Assembly (NCBI GenBank): GCA_002686885.1
Contig: NYYT01000012.1
Coordinates: 84,161 to 148,160 of the forward strand
DNA: 64,000 nt
From: Pedosphaera sp.
GTDB taxonomy: Bacteria; Verrucomicrobiota; Verrucomicrobiia; Limisphaerales; AAA164-E04
Reading direction: 5' to 3'
Under the pieces are notes generated by a model that ran no database searches, was not told the origin of the DNA, and was given only the letters and a program-made list of their open reading frames with translations. Positions within the stretch are counted from its first letter, which is position 1; each line of letters begins with the position of its first letter. Position numbers and translations under genes: made by a program. Positions 48,115 to 56,180 of this stretch are shown piece after piece.

Positions 48115-49434
48115 TCATCCAAAGATCCGTTTGAGACGATCCTGATCATAGGCACGCCTCTGTTGAGCGGTCATGGTTTTGAAATCGGGTCGCCCATCGG
48201 ACAACATGGGCCAATCCACGGCACAGGGCGCTTCCCCTTGCCCGGATGCATCAGATACTTTGCCGGCAGGCAGTTCGGATTGCCTCTCTGCCTTCTCCGA
48301 CCCGCGAATCGGGCTCTCTCCCATCATGACACGGCTTTTCCCAGAAGAGGATTCATCATAACTCATCGCCTGCTCGGTAATGGCCAGATCTCGGTCCAGG
48401 GATCGGTGGGCCTTGATGCCTTTCTGCTGAAGAACGCCATGATAGGCATGCACCGCCTCCTTGGGTCCAATCACACCTTCGGTGATCAAGCGAAGCATTT
48501 CAATGAAGGCTAATTGATGCTCGGCTTGATTGATTTTACGCCCATAGAGTGCGACCCGAGCGCCATATTTCTGAGCATCGTGAATCAGTTTAAAGGCATC
48601 GTAGGTCGTGCCCGCACTCCCACCCAAAACGCCCACAATCATGTTGGGATCGTATTGAACCAACTCCTCCATCGCCCTGGGTCCATGATAGGGTATTTTG
48701 AGGAAAACAGGACGTCCGGCATCGGTCACACCTGCAAGACTGCGCAAAATATGATCGTTGATGAACTCACCCATTTTTTCAGGAGCGACCCCGGATGGCA
48801 CATTGGGATTGAAGACTTCAAGAAAATATCGAAATCGCTTGGCCTCTGCTTCCTCACGAAAAGCCTTGAAGGATTCCAGGGTGTGTTTATCCCGGGTCAG
48901 ATCGTTCACGAAGGTCACCGAGTAGAGGCCCAGGTTGGCCCCAGGAAACACATCCACCGAACGGTCACACTCGATCTGACCACATTGAATGTGATCGATG
49001 CTCGCTGACCGAAAAGGCTGGGCAGGCTCTGCCGTGTAGCAGCCATGTCGAATGGCCCAAACATCCGTCGCATCATTGGCCCTGGCAGCAGGCGTGATGG
49101 GGGAGGAGTCAAACAAACCCTCCTTGATGGAGAGTAGCTCATTGACGTAAGCCGACATCAAAACAATGTCGACTTGCCCCTGGTGGACGACTTCACGAAT
49201 GATATCGAGGAATTCAGGGAGATTTCGAAAACCAAACTCATCCCGCGACCATATTTCAGGGGAAAATCGTGCCGGCCGCTCTCCCTGAGCGGACAAATAA
49301 TGTCGCCCTCCTGTCGCCCGAACCCCAAAAGCCATGTCCGCATCTTTGGCGTCGGCAATGATGAAGGCTTTCGAGGCAGGATTTGCCCGAATGGCTTCAA
49401 GCTTTTGATCCAGAGATTTGATCATCGACGACAT
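48115..49434 (-). CDS. unassigned 439-aa protein, last gene of the BMC operon (possibly an aldolase-type TIM-barrel fold) with a ~90-aa low-complexity C-terminal extension
   Basis: Core of about 345 aa with AFIIADAKDADMAFG near the N-terminus and FLKIPYHG / GVLGGSAGTTYDAF later. These are reminiscent of DeoC/LacD/Cgl0159-like barrels, but this is by eye only. The tail is SSSGKSRVMMGESPIRGSEKAERQSELPAGKVSDASGQGEAP... and ends in TMTAQQRRAYDQDRLKRIFG. Confidence 0.5.
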   Translation of the reverse strand: MSSMIKSLDQKLEAIRANPASKAFIIADAKDADMAFGVRATGGRHYLSAQGERPARFSPEIWSRDEFGFRNLPEFLDIIREVVHQGQVDIVLMSAYVNELLSIKEGLFDSSPITPAARANDATDVWAIRHGCYTAEPAQPFRSASIDHIQCGQIECDRSVDVFPGANLGLYSVTFVNDLTRDKHTLESFKAFREEAEAKRFRYFLEVFNPNVPSGVAPEKMGEFINDHILRSLAGVTDAGRPVFLKIPYHGPRAMEELVQYDPNMIVGVLGGSAGTTYDAFKLIHDAQKYGARVALYGRKINQAEHQLAFIEMLRLITEGVIGPKEAVHAYHGVLQQKGIKAHRSLDRDLAITEQAMSYDESSSGKSRVMMGESPIRGSEKAERQSELPAGKVSDASGQGEAPCAVDWPMLSDGRPDFKTMTAQQRRAYDQDRLKRIFG

Positions 49435-49454
49435 GGCGAACGATGTTACTCACT

Positions 49455-50381
49455 TCACAGCTGAACCTTTGACATCGTTTCCTTGAGGGCGCGAGCCGAT
49501 TGCTGCAGTCCTGTTTGTTCTTTGGGCCACAACTTGAGTTCTACCTGCTGATGCACACCACCACGCCCCACCACCGTGGGCACGCTCAAACAAATATCCC
49601 TGATCTGATAGGTACCCTGCACCCGTGAAGAAACGGGCAGCAGGCGTCTCTGATCGAGAGCAATCGCATGAATCACGTCCCTGATGGCGATGCCCACGGC
49701 CCATCCGGCCCCACCCTTGCGCTTGATCACTTCCGCACCACTTCCTCGAGTGCGTGTGAATATCTGTCCCTGAAAGCCGGGACCACAGCCGGGATATTCG
49801 GTCAGCGGCAAACCATTCACAGAAGAGGCAGACCAGATGGGAACCATCGAATCGCCATGCTCCCCGAGCGTCAAGGCCTTGACCTGAGTCGGTGCCAGAT
49901 CAAGGGCTTCAGCGATCAGTGAGCTGAATCGAGTGGAATCAAGCATGGTTCCAAGCCCAATGACTTGTTGCCAGGGCAGCCCCAAACGCTCTCCTGCCAG
50001 ATGAGTCAGGATGTCGACAGGGTTGGAAACCACAAAAACGATGGCATCCTGACGCATGCCGGCTTTTTGAATGCTCTCGAGGATTTGAACAAACAGTGCC
50101 ACATTGCGATTGATCAAGTCCAAACGGGATTCATCGGGTTTACGACGAAGACCTGCAGTAATGAGGAAGATGTCCGAATCCGAAGCTTGTTCATAACTAC
50201 CCGCGGTGATGCGCTGATCCGCCGTAAAGGCCGAACCATGCAACAAGTCCAGTGCTTCCCCCTCGGCCATGGCCTGGTTGGCATCGATCAGTTGGATTTC
50301 TGAAACGATGCCACCACATTGCAGAGCAAAGGCTGCACAGGAACCCACTCGACCGCCACCTCCTATTATGCTGACTTTCAT
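49455..50381 (-). CDS. L-lactate/malate dehydrogenase family (L-2-hydroxyacid dehydrogenase)
   Basis: Rossmann motif MKVSIIGGGGRVG. Substrate loop ITAGLRRKPDESRLDL. Catalytic-His motif LGEHGDSMVPIWS. Confidence 0.85.
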   Translation of the reverse strand: MKVSIIGGGGRVGSCAAFALQCGGIVSEIQLIDANQAMAEGEALDLLHGSAFTADQRITAGSYEQASDSDIFLITAGLRRKPDESRLDLINRNVALFVQILESIQKAGMRQDAIVFVVSNPVDILTHLAGERLGLPWQQVIGLGTMLDSTRFSSLIAEALDLAPTQVKALTLGEHGDSMVPIWSASSVNGLPLTEYPGCGPGFQGQIFTRTRGSGAEVIKRKGGAGWAVGIAIRDVIHAIALDQRRLLPVSSRVQGTYQIRDICLSVPTVVGRGGVHQQVELKLWPKEQTGLQQSARALKETMSKVQL

Positions 50382-50414
50382 GATCTATTAAAAAAGGTTG
50401 TCAGTGTTTGCAAT

Positions 50415-51476
50415 CTACTTGTTCCCCAATTGAGACATGATCTGGTCGGTGATGGCTTGTACGGCTTGCTCAGTCGCCGGGTCCTGCGAGGCTCCCCCGC
50501 CCGAGGAAGCCGATGGTGTGGTGGCACAGGTCACTCCGGGCCGCCATTGTTCATTATCGCAGAGCTCACATTCCTTGAGCCCAAACCTCGGATCAGGGAT
50601 GCCAAGGTTTTGTTTGATATTGAGTAAGTCCTTGAGTTGCTCGGGATTCATGGTGTTGAGCGGCGTGCCGAGCTGGGAAGCTACCCAGATGGTTCGGCAA
50701 TAGGCTTCAAGAATCTCCATCTTGAAGTAGGCATCTTCCACGGTGAGGTGGCTCCATGCCACCGCTCCATGATTCCCCATCAATACGGTGTTGTGCTTGT
50801 CCACCAGATCCGCCACCAGCTGGCCCATCTCGGGCGTTCCCGGCGTGCGGTAGGGAGCAATGGGAACCTTGCCAATGAAAACCTCAATTTCAGGTATCAT
50901 GCAGGTCGGTGGTTCCACACCAGCCACCGCGTAGGCGGTTGCGTGGGGCGGGTGACAGTGAACCGTCGCCTTGGCGCGCGGTTGACGTTTCATGATTTCC
51001 AGGTGCATGAGAATTTCGCTGGTACGCTTTTTTTCTCCTGCTTTCTGCTGCCCATCCAGATCCACCAAACATAGATCTGCAGGCTTCATGAACCCCTTGG
51101 AAACCAGCGTCGGCGTGCATAAGGCCAGATCATCGGCCACTCGGATGGCGATATTGCCACCATTGCCATCCACATAGGCGCGTTGCCAAAGCCTTTGCCC
51201 GACATCGCAAATCTCCACCTTCAAGGCCTCCATTTGGGGCGTGCGGAAAAACGTATCAAGCTCCCGCTGCGAACTCTGTGCACTGATGCCGGCAGTCACG
51301 GCAGCCTCCACCGCAGCACCCGCTGCAGGGGTCAAACTGGAGGAATGGGGCTCCTGCTGGTTTCGAATCAAGTCACGGGCAGAGGGTGTCAAAATGGCAT
51401 CGGCAGTGATCGACTCAATGGAGGCTCCCTGCTTGAGTAAGGATTCAACGTCTTTGGCGCTGATTATTTTTTTCAT
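50415..51476 (-). CDS. class II (fuculose/rhamnulose-phosphate-type) aldolase with N- and C-terminal extensions; BMC signature enzyme
   Basis: Aldolase_II core (NGGNIAIR, VHCHPPHATAYA, MGNHGAVAW). It carries an extra ~75 aa at the N-terminus and ~50 aa at the C-terminus. ATGA overlap with the upstream BMC-P gene. Confidence 0.85.
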   Translation of the reverse strand: MKKIISAKDVESLLKQGASIESITADAILTPSARDLIRNQQEPHSSSLTPAAGAAVEAAVTAGISAQSSQRELDTFFRTPQMEALKVEICDVGQRLWQRAYVDGNGGNIAIRVADDLALCTPTLVSKGFMKPADLCLVDLDGQQKAGEKKRTSEILMHLEIMKRQPRAKATVHCHPPHATAYAVAGVEPPTCMIPEIEVFIGKVPIAPYRTPGTPEMGQLVADLVDKHNTVLMGNHGAVAWSHLTVEDAYFKMEILEAYCRTIWVASQLGTPLNTMNPEQLKDLLNIKQNLGIPDPRFGLKECELCDNEQWRPGVTCATTPSASSGGGASQDPATEQAVQAITDQIMSQLGNK

Positions 51477-51781
51477 GCGTCTTCTTTGGGTGTATAAAAG
51501 GTTTCATCGACCAGTGCTGCATTGATGGCATCAATGGGAATGGGAGGGTCAAAAGGTGAGGCGGCTTCTCGGCCTTCCACAAAACCCACTGTATCCCCCA
51601 CCCCTCCTCCGAGGTTGTCATAAATCACCAAAGAGGGTTCGTCAGTGATTTGATTCAAGGGTTGGTGGCCTTGTTGAAAATGTTTCCTGTTGAAGGGGCT
51701 GATCAACAGCCAGCGAGCTCCCTTGAGTTGAGGAACGCTTTGACTGAGGGTCACCCTTCCGATCACCGTTCCAAGCCTCAT
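51473..51781 (-). CDS. BMC vertex protein (BMC-P, EutN/CcmL family), paralogue 3
   Basis: MRLGTVIGRVTLSQ...LKGARWLLISP...DNLGGGVGDTV matches the EutN/CcmL pattern. Confidence 0.85.
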   Translation of the reverse strand: MRLGTVIGRVTLSQSVPQLKGARWLLISPFNRKHFQQGHQPLNQITDEPSLVIYDNLGGGVGDTVGFVEGREAASPFDPPIPIDAINAALVDETFYTPKEDA

Positions 51782-52056
51782 GCAGCAGCCTCCTTTTCAG
51801 GCTCATCAATGATGGCAATGATGATCTGTCTCACAGGGCTTTTGTCATCCATGACCGCCAGACGAGCAGCCGAACCATCCGAGGAAATGATGACCTTCTG
51901 ATGCATGCCCGCCCCCAGCGGATCAATGGCAATCACCGGGGTGCCCTCGGCAAGCCCACGGGCATCGAGGGGCTGGCAAATGAGCATCCGCCACCCTTGA
52001 AGACTCGGGTGTTTTCGGGTGGCGATCATACTGCCTTCGACACGTGCCAGTAGCAT
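51778..52056 (-). CDS. BMC vertex protein (BMC-P, EutN/CcmL family), paralogue 2
   Basis: MLLARVEGSMIATRKHPSLQGWRMLICQPLD...IDPLGAGMHQKVIISSDGSAAR. Confidence 0.9.
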   Translation of the reverse strand: MLLARVEGSMIATRKHPSLQGWRMLICQPLDARGLAEGTPVIAIDPLGAGMHQKVIISSDGSAARLAVMDDKSPVRQIIIAIIDEPEKEAAA

Positions 52057-52084
52057 GGGCTTGTTTGAATGAAGTTGGTTATTT

Positions 52085-53587
52085 TCAGTAAATCCGAAGG
52101 TTGTCCACCATGACGCACCGCCTGACGCGTGTGAAGGTCCGTGGATTGGTCACTCCTTCGCCGGTAGGCGTCGCAATGGAAAAACTCAGGTAACCTTCGC
52201 CCCCCAGGCCCAGCCCTGCCATACAGGGACCATTCTTGATGAACAAGGTCGTATCCAACGCTCGTGCCATCGCAGTCATGTGATTCACATCATGCGAATG
52301 GATGATCGATGTGTGCTTGTATTGGTGCTCTGCCTTGAGGGACTCCTCAATCCCCGCCTCGATGGAAGGCACTCTCACAATGGGAATGAAGGGCATCATT
52401 TGCTCCTCGTCGACAAATGGGTGAGAGGCATCGGTCTCCGCAAATAGCAATTCTGTGCCATCCGGCACACGCAGCCCCGCAGCCTGAGCCAGGACCGATA
52501 CGTCCTTGCCAATCAGGTCTTTATTGACGACGGCATGCGGACATCCTGCTCCCTGCCCCTCCTTGAAAGTGAAGGCAGCTTGAGTCAGCTGATCCAGTTG
52601 AGCGGCATTGAGGCGCACGGCCCCTGCCTTTTCCATCGCACCCATCAACTCATCAGCGATGTTTTCCAGAGCAAACACTTCTTTCTCGCCAATACAAAGC
52701 AAGTTGTTGTCAAAAGCAGCGCCCTGAATAATGGATTCAGCGGCTCGTTTCATACAGGCTGTGTCGTCCACCAGGACCGGTGGATTTCCAGGCCCTGCAC
52801 AGATGGCTCGCTTTCCGGTTTGCATGGCAGCCTTGACCACACCGGGCCCACCGGTCACACAAAGCAGGCGAACTGCTTCATGCGAGCACAATTCCTTGAA
52901 GGACTCCAAAGTGGGTTCTTCGATGATGCAGACTAGATTCTGAATCCCGGTTTCATGCTCGATGGCCTTGTTGAATTCCCTTACGGCCATGGCAGCGCAT
53001 CGCGATGCGGCAGGATGGGCATTGAAAACCACCGCATTACCGGCGGCGACGATATTGACGATATTACCTGCAAGAGTCGGAATGGAGTGGGTGGATGGGG
53101 TGATGGCCCCAACGACACCGAAAGGGGTGTATTCTTCGAGGGTGATGCCATGATCCCCACTACGCCCGTCGGGACGGATCCAGTCGACGCCAGGCACCAA
53201 GCCGATGATCTGGAGCTTACCGATCTTGTGATCCAGACGGCCGATCTTGGATTCTTCGAGCTCTATTTTACCCCACTCGTTGGCTCGATCCTCGCACATG
53301 GTTTTGACAATGCGCTCTACTTGCCGTCGGGCTTCAATCCCCTTTTTCTGTAGTTGTAGAAAGCCTTGTTGGGCGGCTTCACAGGCCTGGGCTGCTGTTT
53401 CAAAGACGCCGTGACGCCCCTTGGAAGAGGATGATACACCGCAAGAAGGAGGCGCGTAAGAGGGTGATGAGGCCACTACCGGCGGCGTGCTCGGTGCCGC
53501 TGGGGCCTGACTAGAGCCACCTCCCAACTTGCCGAGGACCTCTTGAATGACCTCCCGAATCAGGGTTTCGTTCATCTGCGAACTCAT
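52085..53587 (-). CDS. CoA-acylating aldehyde dehydrogenase (PduP/EutE-like) with N-terminal encapsulation peptide
   Basis: ALDH core with the catalytic Cys in NNLLCIGEKE. Start placed at MSSQMNETLIREVIQEVLGKL (ATG 53587). A P/S/A-rich linker follows the helix. Confidence 0.9.
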   Translation of the reverse strand: MSSQMNETLIREVIQEVLGKLGGGSSQAPAAPSTPPVVASSPSYAPPSCGVSSSSKGRHGVFETAAQACEAAQQGFLQLQKKGIEARRQVERIVKTMCEDRANEWGKIELEESKIGRLDHKIGKLQIIGLVPGVDWIRPDGRSGDHGITLEEYTPFGVVGAITPSTHSIPTLAGNIVNIVAAGNAVVFNAHPAASRCAAMAVREFNKAIEHETGIQNLVCIIEEPTLESFKELCSHEAVRLLCVTGGPGVVKAAMQTGKRAICAGPGNPPVLVDDTACMKRAAESIIQGAAFDNNLLCIGEKEVFALENIADELMGAMEKAGAVRLNAAQLDQLTQAAFTFKEGQGAGCPHAVVNKDLIGKDVSVLAQAAGLRVPDGTELLFAETDASHPFVDEEQMMPFIPIVRVPSIEAGIEESLKAEHQYKHTSIIHSHDVNHMTAMARALDTTLFIKNGPCMAGLGLGGEGYLSFSIATPTGEGVTNPRTFTRVRRCVMVDNLRIY

Positions 53588-53636
53588 AACAGCCGAATTA
53601 GTTGAGGATGAGCGGAGTGGAACCACCCCATTGAAT

Positions 53637-53648
53637 TAGATTTTGAAA
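53637..53648. promoter_or_regulatory. internal copy of the TAGATTTTGAAA motif in the BMC-P1/aldehyde-dehydrogenase intergenic gap
   Basis: The 12-mer is identical to 57051..57062 in the divergent control region. Confidence 0.4.
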
Positions 53649-53671
53649 ACATGGCATGGACAGAAAAGCTC

Positions 53672-53986
53672 TCACTCGCTCTGTGCATTGAAAATTTTGG
53701 TTCCTTTGACATCCACGGTATCCACAATGCCAATGACCACGGCATCGACAGGAGCCTGCTTCAAGTTGGGTGCCAGCCGCGCACTGCTGCCCTGACAGAA
53801 CAACACCATTTCACCCACCCCAGCTCCAACGCTGTCCACTGCCACAATGGTGTTTTTCCCTCCACGGAATTGTGTGGGATCCTGATCATCGACCAGTTGG
53901 GGACGCAACAAAAGCAACTTGCGGCCCGACATGGAGGGGTCCTTTTTGGTGGCCACCACCGCACCCTCGACTTTGGCTAGGAACAT
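53672..53986 (-). CDS. BMC vertex protein (BMC-P, EutN/CcmL family), paralogue 1
   Basis: MFLAKVEGAVVATKKDPSMSGRKLLLLRP...VDSVGAGVGEMVLFCQGSSAR. Confidence 0.9.
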   Translation of the reverse strand: MFLAKVEGAVVATKKDPSMSGRKLLLLRPQLVDDQDPTQFRGGKNTIVAVDSVGAGVGEMVLFCQGSSARLAPNLKQAPVDAVVIGIVDTVDVKGTKIFNAQSE

Positions 53987-54016
53987 ACCGTTAACGCTGT
54001 TGGCAAAGCTGATGCA

Positions 54017-54295
54017 TCATCCGGGGAGCACGGCTCCGATATCAGAGTGCGGTCGAGCAATGACATGCACGCTGACCAATTCTCCGCCGACTGATTTGAT
54101 GGCCTCGGCACCGGCGTCAGTTGCGGCCTTGACGGCAGCCACATCCCCCACGACGACCGCCGAAACGAGGGCATTGCCAACTTGTTTCATGGGACCTGCA
54201 AGGGTCACATTCGCTGCCTTGAGCATCGCATCGGTTCCTTCGACCAAGGCGATCAGACCACGCGTTTCAATCATTCCAATTGCTTGATTTGACAT
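54017..54295 (-). CDS. BMC shell hexamer protein (BMC-H, single Pfam00936-type domain)
   Basis: [32 protein letters not shown]...[13 protein letters not shown]. Confidence 0.95.
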   Translation of the reverse strand: MSNQAIGMIETRGLIALVEGTDAMLKAANVTLAGPMKQVGNALVSAVVVGDVAAVKAATDAGAEAIKSVGGELVSVHVIARPHSDIGAVLPG

Positions 54296-54313
54296 AGTAT
54301 TTCTTGTGTGTTG

Positions 54314-55501
54314 TTAAGATTTGTTTTCCAAAAATCGTTTAACCTCCCGAGCCACCACCAACTCCTCATTGGTGGGAATCACCAAGACTTTGACGGGGCT
54401 GTTTGCGTCGCTGATGAAACCCTCCTGCCCCAGGCACCCTTCGTTGAGCGATTCATCGAGCTGGATCCCCAACGGTTCCAGCTCACGACAGATGGCCTTC
54501 CTGAGCTGAGGACGGTTTTCTCCGATACCTGCAGTAAAGACCAATGCATCCAAGCCTCCCAACTCGAGGTAATAAGCCCCCATCCAACGACGCACTTCGG
54601 CGACGAGAAAATCCAGCGCAAGCTGCGCATCAGCATGACCCTCTTCTGCCCTAGACTGCACATCGCGCAGGTCGTTGAAGCCCCCAGAAAGGCCACTGAG
54701 GCCGCCTGAGGAACAAAGGTCGTGGAGCACTTGCTCCATGGTCCAACCCTGTTTCTGGATCATGTATGGAATGGCCATGGCATCGAGGTCACCCACCCGA
54801 TTGTTGTGAGGCAGGCCCGATTGGGGACTCAGCCCCATGCTATTGCCGATGGCCACGCCATCTCGTATGCCCGTCACGGAGGAGCTACCACCCAGGTGAG
54901 CGGATACCACCCGGAGAGACGGCCCTTTTACAAGAGATTGCCCCTGATTCACGTAGAGCTGTCGTGCCCTCTCAGCGACATCTTCCCTGCCAAGGAGTTC
55001 CGAAGAACGCTCAGCTATGAATTTGTGACTGGCCCCGTGAAAGCCCCACCGGCGCACCCCCGCCTCAAACCAACTTTGAGGCACTCCATAGCGTTTGGAA
55101 GTTTCAGGAATCCATTGGTAGAAGGCGGTCTCGAACAACCCCACCAGAGGCGTGTACGGCATGCGCTCGGCGAAAAGCCGAATCCCCGTCAGGTAGGGAG
55201 GATTATGGGCCGGGGCAATCTGGTTCCCTGCTTCCATATCCTTGAGAACCTCTTCAGAAAGAGCGACGCACCCTGTGACCGACTGAGCCAGGACCGTCTT
55301 AAAGCCAATGGCAGAAAGTTCTGATTCCTCCTCAATCGCGCCTGCCTCCTTGAGCTGTTCCAGACATTCCTGAATGGCCGAAGGATAGTCCTTGACCCGC
55401 TCAAGCCCACCACGATGCAATAAGGCAACTTCTTCTGAAGTGAACGCAAAAAGACGCCACTTCAAAGAAGTCGAACCTAAATTGGCAACGAGGATTTTCA
55501 C
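54314..55501 (-). CDS. ackA: acetate/propionate (acyl) kinase
   Basis: KILVANLGSTSLKW N-terminal motif and the typical ASKHA fold motifs. I favour the GTG at 55501, which gives M-KILVANLGS. The ORF-track ATG at 55534 adds 11 atypical residues. Confidence 0.88.
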   Translation of the reverse strand: MKILVANLGSTSLKWRLFAFTSEEVALLHRGGLERVKDYPSAIQECLEQLKEAGAIEEESELSAIGFKTVLAQSVTGCVALSEEVLKDMEAGNQIAPAHNPPYLTGIRLFAERMPYTPLVGLFETAFYQWIPETSKRYGVPQSWFEAGVRRWGFHGASHKFIAERSSELLGREDVAERARQLYVNQGQSLVKGPSLRVVSAHLGGSSSVTGIRDGVAIGNSMGLSPQSGLPHNNRVGDLDAMAIPYMIQKQGWTMEQVLHDLCSSGGLSGLSGGFNDLRDVQSRAEEGHADAQLALDFLVAEVRRWMGAYYLELGGLDALVFTAGIGENRPQLRKAICRELEPLGIQLDESLNEGCLGQEGFISDANSPVKVLVIPTNEELVVAREVKRFLENKS

Positions 55502-55566
55502 GGATAAAAGTCTACCGCTGCGCCACCGATCCAAGGAATACCGTGGATCGTGCGATGCAGAATGGA

Positions 55567-55851
55567 TCAGGATTGTTTGAGCCAGGAGCCCAGACCGCTG
55601 AGGTCTTCATGCGGGCGTGGAATCACCTGCACGCTGATCACTTCCCCCACTTGGGAAGCGGCTGCAGCACCTGCGTCAGTGGCTGCCTTCACAGCAGCCA
55701 CATCCCCTCGGAAGAAGCCAGTAACATACCCACTGCCAATCTTTTCCCAACCCACCATAGTGACATTGGCGGCCTTGAGTGCTGCATCGCAGGCTTCGAG
55801 CATGGCGCAGAGACCACGCGTTTCGATCATGCCTATTGCTTGATTTGCCAT
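55567..55851 (-). CDS. BMC shell hexamer protein (BMC-H)
   Basis: [34 protein letters not shown]...[13 protein letters not shown]. Confidence 0.95.
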   Translation of the reverse strand: MANQAIGMIETRGLCAMLEACDAALKAANVTMVGWEKIGSGYVTGFFRGDVAAVKAATDAGAAAASQVGEVISVQVIPRPHEDLSGLGSWLKQS

Positions 55852-55889
55852 AATTATTTTGTGTTTGGTTCTTTTAGAAATCGAGAGAT

Positions 55890-56180
55890 CTATCCCTTTT
55901 TGGCTTTGCCATCAGGCACGAATGCCTTCAGCAAATCTTCGTGTGGTCTTGCCAGCAGGTGTGAACTGATCAGTTCACCCACCCGCGCTGCGGCATTGGA
56001 GCCCGCATCTACAGCAGCCTTGACACTGCCGACGTCACCCTGCGCCAGCACGGTGATCATCCCTCCACCAATGGGGATGGTTTTGACAAGGCGCACATTG
56101 GCGGCTTTGACCATGGCGTCGCTGGCTTCTACCGCGCCGACATAGCCTTTGGTTTCAATCATACCTAATGCTTCACTCAT
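55890..56180 (-). CDS. BMC shell hexamer protein (BMC-H, PduA/J-like)
   Basis: [32 protein letters not shown]...[13 protein letters not shown], with a basic C-terminal tail. Confidence 0.95.
   Translation of the reverse strand: MSEALGMIETKGYVGAVEASDAMVKAANVRLVKTIPIGGGMITVLAQGDVGSVKAAVDAGSNAAARVGELISSHLLARPHEDLLKAFVPDGKAKKG

Noticed and set aside
55543-56145. A 200-aa plus-strand ORF spanning both BMC-H genes on the opposite strand. Its mirror-like Ala/Thr-rich text could be mistaken for a shell-associated protein.
   Set aside because: It is the reverse-complement shadow of two Ala/Val/Gly-rich BMC-H genes. It also crosses the intergenic gap between them, which a real gene conserved with them would be unlikely to do.
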